Shown in pieces: positions 14,501 through 26,189 of a stretch of 64,000 nucleotides of DNA (its first letter is position 1; every line of letters begins with the position of its first letter). The DNA comes from Rhizophagus irregularis (taxonomy: Eukaryota), in the NCBI RefSeq assembly GCF_026210795.1, contig NC_089434.1:5580001-5644000 (forward strand), given 5' to 3'. Under the pieces are notes generated by a model. That model saw only the letters and a program-made list of their open reading frames with translations, ran no database searches and was not told the DNA's origin. The position numbers and the translations under genes were made by a program.

Positions 14501-15119
14501 ACAAGGTCTTCATATGCTTTTGTAGAAACATTATGCTTCTGAAGCCAACAAAATAGTGCCGTAGTTGTATAATTATCAAAGTACGGTGCAAATTCACCAT
14601 TGCAGGACGGTATCTTGTCTTCATCCAAAGCTTCAACAATTTGATGTATTTCTTCCTCTTTGTTGTCATTACGTTCCTCTTCGTCATTGTTACGTTCCTC
14701 TTCCTCTTCATTATTACCTTCCTCTTCCTCTTCTTCATTATTGTCTCCATTATCATCATCTTCCTCCTCATCCCTATTGTATTCATTGTCATTTTTCTCT
14801 TCCTCTTCACTATTGTATTCATTGTCAGTTTCTTCTTCCTCTTCATTATCAAATGATTGATCATCATCTTCCATCTCATCATTGTAATACTGAGGACCAA
14901 TTGATCCATATTCATTATCATCATCATTAATGTCCTGAAAACTTAAATCATTATCTTCGTGATTATACTGAAAGTCCATGTTATCGTCATCATTATCAGG
15001 TGAACGTACAGGTGAACGTCTCTCACCGGAAGTAGTTATCTCACCAAGATTGCTGTAAGAAAACTGATTTTGAATTCGAATTGGTTTTATTGGTTTGGCG
15101 TGACTATTCGTCTCCTCAT
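11538..15119 (-). pseudogene. CMC/EnSpm (Plavaka-like) DDE transposase, about 5 exons, lightly degenerate
   Basis: Acidic N-terminus, then EYWHETLWGESPLFG; LDLYYDDFG (D1), GGVYIQFGNMP, TADLPQG (D2), CRTC, DIYH, HINMH, GIKEMVH (E). GT-AG introns link the ORFs. In-frame TGA at about 13931. Confidence 0.85.
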
Positions 15120-15369
15120 CTTTATAACAATTACAATTTAAATTAATTTAAATTTAACTAGAATTTTATTAATTCAATTAGAACTTTAAATTTATTAAGC
15201 GTGTTAGCAAAAAAAAAAAAAAAATGCAATTGCCAATTAAGTAATCACTTCGGTTAAATTAATGCCGATTTGGCTATTAATGGATACACAAAATTTAGGG
15301 TCAATTATACTGTATATGGTTAATGACAATTGGTATGACAAATAATATTATCGAATAATGTCATTTATT

Positions 15370-15650
15370 GAATAAAATAATAAGTATATAATAAAATAAA
15401 ATAAAACATAATAATAAAATAAAATATAACATAATAATAAAATAAAATAAAATATAATAATAAAATAAAATAAAACATAATAATAAAATAAAATAAAACA
15501 TAATAATAAAATAAAATAAAACATAATAATAAAATAAAATAAAACATAATAATAAAATACAATAAAACATAATAATAAAATAAAATAAAACATAATAATA
15601 AAATAAAATAAAACATATAATAAAATAAAATAAAAAATAAAATGAAATAA
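15370..15650. repeat. 23-bp AT-rich minisatellite, ~10 copies
   Basis: CATAATAATAAAATAAAATAAAA in tandem; explains the spurious F/I/L/Y-rich ORFs here. Confidence 0.9.
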
Positions 15651-15655
15651 AAATA

Positions 15656-16270
15656 TTAATGACGTCGGTGACGATAAGATCGAGAATGAGAGCGCTCGCG
15701 CTCTCGGTAGTAGGGAGATCGAGAACGAGAGCGCCCGCGCTCTCGGTGGTGGTAGAGGGATCGGGAGCGAGAGCACCTAGAGCGCCTGTGCTCTCTATAC
15801 TCGTATGTCCTACGATCTACCCTATTTCTCCGGGAGGACCGGACTAATGCTTAAAACAAAGCAATTATTAATATAAATGCAATGAATTAATGAAAAAATC
15901 AGTTAAATAATAAATACTTACACTCAACTCTCCAGAACTCGTCCGAGAGTTCTTGGTGGAACCTCTCGTCGTGCAAAGACGGGGTACGAGTAGGGTAATC
16001 ATCAGGATTTCTATTGATTAGCCTCTCTAGATTCTCGTACCCCGCCTTTAGTGAATTCCACTTCTCTCTGCATTGTTTTCTAGTTGGCCTGAATGTGTGG
16101 TTATTTCGTATATTACGAGCAATTCCACGCCATAATTGTTTTTGATCATGTAACCTCATTGTGGTGAATAAGGGCTGATAGGCCCGACGACGCTGAATTA
16201 AGGTCAAAGCAGCGTCATCGGGCCATTGAATGTATACTGAAAGATTTGCGTTTAAGTTTAATGCTGCCAT
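15656..16270 (-). CDS. Myb/SANT-like (trihelix-type) DNA-binding protein with RS-rich tail, transposon-borne
   Basis: WPDDAALTLI..LWRGIA..TRKQCREKWNSLKAGY; donor GTAAGT at 15921; downstream frame RRSRCSRSRS..RSRSRSP..RHRRH* ends 15656. Joining the two needs a one-base indel. Confidence 0.7.
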
Positions 16271-16338
16271 TATTAAATATTATTAGTTTGATGGGGAAAA
16301 TGTCAAGAAAAGGCTCTATATTTATAATAAATTTATTA

Positions 16339-16745
16339 TGATTTCTTTGAGTTTATTTTTACGATCTTGTCTAAATTTTTTAGTTCTAATGCAATCCTTA
16401 ATTAATTTATTTAACATTGAATACACACATAATTTTTTTTTGATTTCTTTGAGTTTATTTTTACGATCTTGTCTAAATTTTTTAGTTCTAATGCAATCAT
16501 CCTTAATTAATTTATTTAACATTGAATACACACATAATTTTTTTTTGATTTCTTTGAGTTTATTTTTACGATCTTGTCTAGTTCTAATGCAATCATCTTT
16601 AATTAATTTATTTAACATTGAATACACACATATTTTTTTTTGATTTCTTTGAGTTTATTTTTATGATCTTGTCTAAATTTTTTAGTTCTAATGCAATCAT
16701 CTTTAATTAATTTATTTAACATTGAATACACACATAATTTTTTGA
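16339..16745. repeat. ~102-bp tandem repeat, 4 copies, upstream of the Myb/SANT gene
   Basis: TGATTTCTTTGAGTTTATTTTTACGATCTTGTCTA.. starts at 16339, 16441, 16546, 16641. Confidence 0.9.
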
Positions 16746-18046
16746 TTTATTAATTTATTTTAAAAATATAGTTACAGTAATACTGCATCACGGCGTTAAT
16801 TAATATATATAAATAAAAATAAATAAACAAATTCTATTAATAAAAAGTGAGTTAAAAATGTTATTTATAATTATACATTAAAAAAAGCAATAAAGAAGAC
16901 GAAAGTAATCTGCAAATTATATTTAAGGTAAAAGAAAATGTAATATTTTAAACCACGCATGTCCTTCCTTGATTATATTTCATATTACACTGCGATGATA
17001 TATTACAATTATACTGAATTTTAAGCTAACCTTAATCTACACCATAAGGAACTTAATTCGATCTTAATTTACTCCGTTTTAGAATATTACCGAACAATTA
17101 GACAAATGATTAGTTGCACATGACTTGCATTATTTGTATAGTTGATACTTTATATACCGATATTTGATTACACCAATATGTATTAAAACTCTTTCCTACA
17201 GTATAAAATATCAATATATCGGTATTTTTCAAATATCGTTGTAAGTTGACTACTGTAGATCCCATCTATCTATTTAAAAAATTCTTTTATGTAATCAATC
17301 CAGGGGCTTACACTAAATAAGGCTTAGATATGGCTTAGTTAGATAGGATCATCACATGGTTCAGTTTAAAAATAATCGACCTTTTTTATTGATTGGTTTT
17401 TTTCTGATCATATTTTATATTTTATCGTCAAGAGTATAATTATTTAAAAATTTAATTTTTCTTGCATGTCATCGTATCACACATAAAAATGGAAATTCAA
17501 AACGTAATATTCCATTAATTTCTTCTCACTCCTTTTTCTTCTACCGATCATTTTTCTTCTCACCCCTTTCCATTATTTTTCTTCTCATTCCACGTATAGC
17601 CTGAAAATATAATAAAATTTGGAACCGTAAAATCGATTTGAGGTAATCTTCCATATAAAAAAAAATGTCACTGAATGAAATTCGATATTGTAATAATTTA
17701 TTTATATAAACTAAATTTAATTTCTGATCCTCTAGAAATCATAGTTTTTTTCCATCTTTCAACATTTTCAACTGATCCCGCATTCCCCTCAATTTATACG
17801 GTACACAACGATATTGAGATCCTGCATACTTTCCAATTACGTTCTATAATTAAAATTACAGTAACCAAGATCTCATTTATATCGTGACAACCTCGTTTTA
17901 TATCCCATATTTGATCAAGGGGTTATATCGACAATCTCGCTCTTTTCGATCAAGAGATCTCATTTATATCATGACAATCTTGCGAGAAGTTTACTTCACT
18001 TTTTTTCTCGTTCTCTCATTTTCTCTTGTTCTCTCATTACGATATT

Positions 18047-19246
18047 ATGACTAAACGTAATAATAAAGAAATAGAAATCAAAACAGGTATATATGTAACT
18101 CTTCCGTAAAAGTTTTGCTTATATGTAAGAATAATAACCGAAATATGTATAATAGGATCGAAAAAAAATCAAAGGACCTTACCGAGAAAGAGGAGAGAAA
18201 TAAATATTGAAGAAACTAATCAATTATTATTAGGTAAATATTAATTTATATAGGCTTTAGCTCTTTAATATTATTCTATTAATTTTTAATTGAAATAATT
18301 GAAATAATATATTACATACAGATATGAATACCAGGCAAAAACATAACGAAAGTGAAAAGGAAGTAATAGTAGAAGAGGATGTAAGGGATAAAAGTGAAGA
18401 AGAAGAGGAGGAAGAAGAAGAAGAAGATGATGATGATAACGACAAGTTAGGCGCGGCTAAAACAATTCCAGATCCGTTTCAGTTTTGTACCAAATTAGAC
18501 ATATGTAACTGGCTTGTAAAAAATCCAGAAATCTTACGATTAGCGAATGAGATGAACGAATCATCTTATGTTGTTAGTTCAAAGAATACTGAAGTTAGTA
18601 TTAATACAATATGATAATATTTATTATGTCTAAATCTCAAATAACGTATCTCAATATTTTAGGATAAAATACGACTATGGGATGAGTCGGTAAAGTGCTT
18701 ATTTTTACGAGTGAGGAATCCGAGTAGTGAAGCACTCGACAATTTGGTTGTGAAAATTTTTCGGTTTAAAATTTACACTAGCGAAGCTAGAGGATATCTA
18801 GATAAAACTCGTAAGTCTTTAACAGACTTCAGGAATAAATTCAACCAAAATATTCTAAATTTAGTGAGGGAATACAAAGAAATCAGAAAGAGCAGGTATT
18901 TGTTTATTTTATTGTTTTATAGTCAACAAAATAGTGCTATTTGTATAATTATTAATTAATTAATTATAGGGGTACGACTGGAAATCTTTCCCAAAAAGAA
19001 ATTAAAGATTACGTTGACAAAAACGTGGTGCAGAAACTTCTAAACCGTCAACTCGCAGCTGTCAATATTTTGGAATTGACAAATAATGGAGGCATGGATA
19101 CGTTAGTTGAGTTTGTTAAGGAAGCCGTCTGCGTTTCTTGAGACGGTAAAAACTTACCTGGTATAAAGGAGTTGGATACCATGACTAAAAATATAATTAT
19201 CCCTTCCCGAAGTGGAAGTGATATAGTAAATACCCTAAACAAGTAA
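18047..19246 (+). pseudogene. Multi-exon gene of unknown function with acidic tract, inside the CMC element
   Basis: ATG at 18047, at least 5 GT-AG exons (MTKRNNKEIEIK.., E/D tract, TKLDICNWLVKNPEIL, LWDESVKCLFLRVRNPS, ..IIIPSRSG); one in-frame TGA at about 19139; 3' end uncertain. Confidence 0.7.
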
Positions 19247-21199
19247 GTTATTTTATTTATTTCGCACATCACGCCTTTGATAATAATATATTAATAAAAT
19301 TAAATTATAGATTTAGGTGCGTTCTTATAAAATTATATGACGAAGAAGAATCATTAATAAATGATTTTATAAAATTTTAATAAAAAAATAAAATTGAGTT
19401 TTATTGAGTATTTCTTTTTAGTTTATTTAATTATATTCTTTTAATGGTATAGACTTTAATAATAATTAGCTTCAATCGAAAAATCACAAAAAGTTTTAAA
19501 AGTTTTGAATATCTGTTGAGATTCAATCATATTTGAATTTCTTTAACTTGTTGTGTTATTACCATTAAATAATCAATTATCTATATAAACTGTGTAAAGT
19601 TAATTTGGCTCTATTTTGATAATATCCACCTATAAAGAACTCATCCGTGCATTACCTAAACAATTATTGGTTGATCAAGTTCGTATAATACCAAATTTAT
19701 AAAATTGTCTGATTAAATGATCGCGTAATTAAATGATTGCGTATATTAAATGATCACGTATAAGACCTATTAATTCCTAAAAAGTCAATTCAACCACCAT
19801 TTTATTTAACCGCTATTTATTTGTACGTTTTTTTTTTTGAAAAAAAAAAAACTTTCTTTCTGAAAAGTAGAGTCTTCCTCCTATACCGTTTGCCGTCGTG
19901 CATAGTGTGTTATAGGAAAAGGCGGACTTGTTTGATTGATTATATGGGCATAAGCTTATGTTATATAGGCGTAAAACTTATATAATCAGTTTGATAACGC
20001 AACGAAAATCCTTTAATCAAGGGTTAAAATAGGCATGATGGGATATTCTCATATATCATGAGCTCTGTCTGTTCGAAGTGTCGTTTTATATATAATTAAG
20101 TAGGCTTAAGTCGTAAGTAACTTTTTTATAACATTGATTATTGGAGAATTAAGTGGCAAAAATAATTTTTAGTTTGTAAAACTTTAACTCCATACCAACT
20201 TGTGTGTGTTTGGGCGTTAATTTATTCCCTAACCCTTAGACCCACTCGTGGGTTAGGTAGGTTGCTTTGCACTTCTTGCAGCCTATCTTCTAATGGGTTT
20301 TAGGCCCACGTTTGCCCATTTAAAATTTATTAAACAGGATATCATCCGTCTAAACACATTGCAACGTTTGTTGATGAAGCTATGGTTGTCTAATAAAAGT
20401 TCGCTTTGCCTGGCAATTTATAGTGGATTCAATGGATCAAATTACAAACAACAATAATTTAGTCATATGAGAATTTCAGGCCAAAGAATAAGGGTGCATT
20501 GTCAAAGTTGAGAATATATTTGTATTTTTTTTTTTAAAGCCGTCATTCTCATGAACTTTTTCATTGTATCCCTAAGTTCAATGATTTTGGTAATGATGAA
20601 ACTGCAGTTGTTTATAGGGGTTTCCCGCCAAACTTCTGGGGTGAATTTATGTCTGGTATTTTCGAATATACTTATCCTTTTTGCAATAGAGTCGTAGCGA
20701 GTCTTCTTAAAGCGTACCTGTGACTATACTTCTCCGCTAATTAATTATGTCATATTTCGGCGAACGGACCAATTCACTATTTATTATAAAATTACTATGA
20801 ATTAATTACGTCTGTCAAAATAAATTTAATTAGTATTTTGTCATTTTGACGAAAAGTATACCTGTGACACCCCATCCAACTTGGGCAGTGTCGCTGAATC
20901 TAAAGCAAGGTACCCAGTTAATCCTCAACTTTGGGTTGATGAGTTATGATTCTGGAGTATTAAGGCATAATGTTTTGACTTACATCACCAATTTAACTCA
21001 TAATTCTAATTTATTGAATTAGTTTATTATAGATTTATTGATATTTTTTTTATCTGTTATATAATATTTAAACTAATGTATACTTTATCTGTAATTAAAA
21101 TTGTTATTGTAATAAATAACCGGTAACTTAAATCTATTGAAATTAACTTTTAAATTAGATTACAAATTATTAAAATATTATAAAATTGAATTTAACGAT

Positions 21200-22150
21200 A
21201 TTTGATTGATTTGATATTTTTATAGATAATATCATTTTGATATTATTTTGATACTGAATTAATATTAAAATAATATTATATTGATATTGCATTTATTAAA
21301 AAAAAATCATTATTGTTATAACAATATCAAAATGATATCGTTTCGTTATTTGTCAATATCGATTAGATAATTATAAAGTGATATCTTTACAATATCATAT
21401 TGATATTGAATTAATGTTAGAACGATATCATATTAATATCGTATTTACTTTCTATTTTTCATTATTGTTATAACAATATCGAAATGATATCGATTTGATG
21501 TTTCGTCAATATCGTTATGATGTCGATTAGATAATTATAAAGTGATATCTTTACGATATCATATTGATATTGAATTAATGTTGGAATGATATCATATTAA
21601 TATCGTATTAACTTTCTATTTTTCATTATTGTTATAACAATATCGAAATGATATCGATTTGATGTTTCGTCAATATCGTTATGATGTCGATTAGATAATT
21701 ATAAAGTGATATCTTTACGATATCATATTGACATTAAATTAATGTTGGAACGATATCATATTAATATCGTATTTACTTTCTATTTTTCATTATTGTTATA
21801 ACAATATCGAAATATCGATATGATATCGATTTGATGTTTCGTCAATATCGTTATGATGTCGATTAGATAATTATAAAGTGATATCTTTACGATATCATAT
21901 TGATATTGAATTAATGTTGGAACGATATCATATTAATATCGTATTTACTTCCCATTTTTCAAAAAATTCATTATTGTTATAACAATATCGAAATGATATC
22001 GATCTGATATTTTTTCAAACAAATATCTTTACGATATCATTTCGATATATTGAATTAATATTGAAATGATATCATTGCGATATCATAATGATATCATTTG
22101 CAAATCGATATCGCCACGATATTTATTTAACATCATTATTATATCAATTC
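21200..22150. repeat. Right subterminal tandem array, ~164-bp unit, 4-5 copies
   Basis: TCATTATTGTTATAACAATATC starts at 21307, 21459, 21623, 21787, 21968; built from GATATC-like motifs shared with the left array. Confidence 0.9.
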
Positions 22151-22513
22151 GGTATTGTTTAAAAATTCAAGGTTTCTGTAAAGAATTTACAATATTGCCT
22201 TTTTAATAAATGGAAAATATCAGAATTTTTAAAATTAATTTAAATAAACAAAGAAAAAGCATTTATTTTCTTGTTCTAAAATAGCAAAATACTATAATTA
22301 TCAAAAAAAATTTTATCTCTACTTATTACCATAAACTTTAACTAATTGAAGGTTTTTAAATAGTTGTAAAGTGTAAAATTGTAAGTTTAAGTTCTCATTC
22401 AAAATCTTTATCCATTCATGATACATTATTAAATTCATTTAAAAAAAAAATTCCATAAGTTTTAATTAAATTTTAGATAACAGCACTTAAATATATTAAA
22501 GAATACTTTAAAT

Positions 22514-24012
22514 AGCATAGCAGGCTTTCTCATATATCACATTAATTTACCGATTATTTTCCGATTTTATCACATGATATAAAATGCCGTTACAAGACAT
22601 TGCATAAAATTCTACATATTAATATGACCTCAAATATTGCAAATAAATTTATTGCACTTTAAATTTTAATCATACAAAATTTTATTCAAATTGAATTATT
22701 ATTGACCGATTTTTGCAAGTAGTAACTTTTAATTTAATGCATTTTATGTAATTTTTTAATATAAGTGACTGGCAGATTTAAAAACTCACATAATAATCAT
22801 ACTTTAAATTTTGCAAACTAATAAATATTAATAAAATATATTTGCAAAAAAAATTTTATTAGAATCTGAAATAAATTCAAGAATTTTAATATGTACCTTC
22901 CATATAAATTAAAAATCCATTATAATTCCTGTTGCAAAATCATAAATAACTCAACATATATGCATACTAGAAAAATGAATTTATATTTATTTGAAAGGAG
23001 AGAATGAGATCTATCTAAAAAGTTAAAAATCACATTGATTGAATCATTAGTTCCTTAATAAATACGCTCAACACATTTACTATCAATTTGACATAAATTC
23101 TTGCATTTGAACGTAAATATCTCCTTATCTAATAATTCAATTTGCATGATTTTTGATTCCAAAATTAGAGCCCATTTACACCTTTCAAAGAAATATAAAA
23201 TTATTCATTTAGCATATGTGTATGTTGATAAATTAACAATAACGTCATTACAATCAAAACCTGACACAAAATTTAAATTATATTTCTTACCAATAATTGT
23301 AGCCATAAAACTCCTTTCACTTTATTTAAAGGATATTGTTTAAGCTTTTAATAGAATATACTGATGAAATTCATAAGTCAACTCCTAAAAAAGAGAAAGA
23401 AATAATTAGTTTATTAATAAAGAAAAAAAAATTTCTAAAAATCTATCTGATCCTTTAAATGGTAAGGAGTTCTATCAATAAAGAATTTTTTTGACACTAA
23501 ACTTATTTAAAACTTTATAACTTACACTTAAGAAGAATCTGGAGAGTCAAAATATAACTTTATTTGATTCCAACTATTTTTTGTCAAAAATTCTTTGTAA
23601 AGCTAAATAATATAAACGTACTATACTTATTTTCGTTTTATAAGAAGGTTTCAAGTGTTTATAACTTCTGGATTCCTCCTCCAATAGCCAGATTTCTGTA
23701 ATACGTTTAAACAAGACCTGAAGAATCAATTTTTTTTATCATCCTTTGCTATTAAATTTTTTGTGGCATAATTAAAATAAATTAGTACAGCTATCATATG
23801 CATGTGTGATATATATAATATCCAGCTAATAAAATACATATCTATATACAAACAATTATGTCAGTATTACGTCATTTAAAAATTACTAGAAAATATGAAT
23901 TTTAGTTATTTATTATGGCGCCATAACAGATAATTTATTAAATAAAAAACTAAAAATAATATATATGCCGATCATCATGTGATTATTCAAAAATCGGAAA
24001 GCCTGCTATGTT
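22514..24012. mobile_element. MULE-type non-autonomous element carrying a decayed intron-containing gene
   Basis: TIR AGCATAGCAGGCTTTC / GAAAGCCTGCTATGTT; exact 9-bp TSD ACTTTAAAT (22505-22513, 24013-24021); minus-strand coding-like relic at about 22800-23769. Confidence 0.85.
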
Positions 24013-24419
24013 ACTTTAAATATAATATAAAAAATGTACAATTAATCAATAAAAATTTAGTAATTATAGTAATTTTAATTGATAATACACAATTTAATCT
24101 TACACTTATGTTTTTATATTTTCCAAACATATATCAATTCAAATTAAATAAATAAATAAACATTTATATAATAAAAAATTTTTTTATTGGCATTTTGTTG
24201 AGGTACGAATTTTTTTGCACTGGTCCATAATTTTAAAAATAATATCAGATATATAATTATTTATTTATTATAATATTTTATACTATAAATTTAATTACAG
24301 CATATATTAATAAAAAACTATACTAAAAATATATATACTAAATATTTATTTGTATTAGGAAGAAACCTAATGTATTTGAACAAAAGAATTATATTAAAAT
24401 ATATCAAAAAAAAAAATTA

Positions 24420-25050
24420 TTATTTTTCTTTTTTATCCTTAGATAAGGATTTTTTTACCCATCTATCTAATTTTTTTTTATGGATATTCCACAAATTTTT
24501 AATATCATTTTGCGCACGAAGTTTTCCAAAATCTTCCAAGATTTTAGTTTGTAAAGTTTTCCAAGGTACTTTTTTATTACTGGTTTTTAAATGTTGCTTT
24601 ACCCATTTAAAGATGAATTCCTTCTCATCATTGCTAAATGGTATGTTTTTGTTCAAACAAACTACAATAAAAAAGGTATTCAGTTTTTTATTTTTTATTT
24701 TTAACTGATGTAATTTACTTACGTCTAGGATTCAGTTTATTAGCCCAACTAAGTTTTTAAATGTAAAATTAAAATCATGATTTTTTTTTTTAAAAAAAAA
24801 AGATTATTTAATGAACTTACTAATGACTAATTTGTTTAGGAGTGTAAGGAATTCTTGTGCTTAATATTGCAAAAGGTTTTCTATTAGGTTTTCCACTATC
24901 AATCCATTCATTCATATATTTGAGAATAGTATCTTCACTCTAAAATAATGATAATAATAAGTCAAATTTAAAAGGAAATTCAAATTAAAAACCATTTGTT
25001 TAACATACTTCTTTATCAAATCTATTTAATTTTTTGGGTTGACAATCCAT
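24420..25050 (-). CDS. Small two-repeat Myb-like protein, 4 exons
   Basis: Spliced: MDCQPKKLNRFDKE|SEDTILKYMNEW..TPKQISHY|WANKLNPR|LCLNKNIPFSNDEKEFIFKWV..VPWKTL..RAQNDIKNLWN..; canonical GT-AG introns, open frame. Confidence 0.85.
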
Positions 25051-26075
25051 AATTTCTAGTAGGAAAGGTGAAGAAATTTTATTTTAAAAAATTTTTTGAA
25101 TTTAATATAGGTTAAATTCCCTAGACGGTTCATTTTCACCCTTTTTTATATCTAAAATTTGTTACCATATTAAGACTACGTATAATGATTTTTTTGTAAC
25201 AAATAACCATAAGAAGTCATATCTCTTATTTGTTAAAAAGACACCGGTTTTCTTTGTATTTCATGAAACACTCGTTAATGGAACCTATAGATTCATTAAA
25301 CTTTTTCATTATATGAATATATATATGCTAAAGAATAAATATCATACGGTCATGCGTTACATCATATTACCAGATTTAAGAAAAAAGTTTTATTAAGTAC
25401 GTGCATAAGGGAGTCGAATTTGAAATTTAATCTTTTCTCGGTAATACATGATTATTTGTTTAAATCAGAGATAAATAAGCAAGTATTTGAACTATCGATT
25501 CAAAGCACAGATCTTCAATTTTTTTGGGGTGGGAAAAAGTTCTTTCAGCAAAAATTTATTATGATGAAAGTTGCTTTCTTATGCAACTCATGTAATTTTT
25601 CTAATTTTATACAAATCATAAACGAAACGCCCAAATTTTCTTATGAAATTATTTTATTGATTGTTTAAAATAAATAAATATTTATAATGCAATATTTTCT
25701 GGCGGTTTAATTTATTTTTTCCGTTTTTTATGTTTACATTGACGTTTAATTAAATGGAATAATTCCTGTTATTGTTGGAACGAAATCCTGTTATTGTTCA
25801 CCGAATGGATCTATACTTCCGCTATCATAGTAGCTAATCCATTTTTGTTTAAGTCCCGTTTAGAGATGAAAGTGAAAGGGAAATGAAAAATTACCGAAAC
25901 TACGAATACGTACCGGAAGTTGTCGTTATATGCTTCTCGCCATTCTTTTCTTGCGCTAATTTGTGGCTTTTTTTTTATTAATTTATTTCACGACAGAGAA
26001 ACAAAAAAACTCATCCAAGGTATTGGGGTAATTATTTTATTTGCCTACTGTATCGTAATTTCCCGATTTAAATCT

Positions 26076-26189
26076 CATCGGTTTACTTACATGCATCGGT
26101 TTACTTACATACATCGGTTTACTTACATACATCGGTTTACTTACATACATCGTGTTACCTTACATACATCGGTTTCCTTACATGCATCG
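26076..26189. repeat. 18-bp minisatellite, 6 copies
   Basis: CATCGGTTTACTTACATA in tandem. Confidence 0.9.

Larger units (their letters stand above)
9118..22183 (-). mobile_element. ~13-kb CMC (CACTA/EnSpm- or Plavaka-like) transposon with three genes
   Basis: Decayed short TIRs (TTTGCTGAAACTTGGAGTTT vs rc TTTACAGAAACCTTGAATTT, 15/20), about 1 kb of GATATC-rich subterminal arrays at each end, internal CMC-type transposase. TSD not resolved; ends approximate. Confidence 0.75.
8698..24227. mobile_element. TA-flanked TIR element (Tc1/mariner-like ends) acting as host of a nest
   Basis: TGGGCCAGTGCAAAAAGATTCGTACCTCA at 8698 matches the reverse complement of TGAGGTACGAATTTTTTTGCACTGGTCCA ending 24227 (2 mismatches); TA on both sides. 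Own sequence is only about 1 kb once inserts are removed. Confidence 0.75.

Noticed and set aside
14460..14930. Overlapping ORFs rich in M/K, H/L or S
   Set aside because: Alternate frames and antisense of the acidic low-complexity transposase N-terminus.
15348..15776. Hydrophobic ORFs that look like membrane proteins
   Set aside because: Translations of the 23-bp minisatellite.
16322..16643. Repetitive 101-aa ORFs on both strands
   Set aside because: Products of the ~102-bp tandem repeat.
20227..20236. Telomerase RNA template (CCCTAACCCT)
   Set aside because: Only a 10-nt match, inside a transposon, with no pseudoknot or CR4/5 identified; kept only as a remark on the fold.
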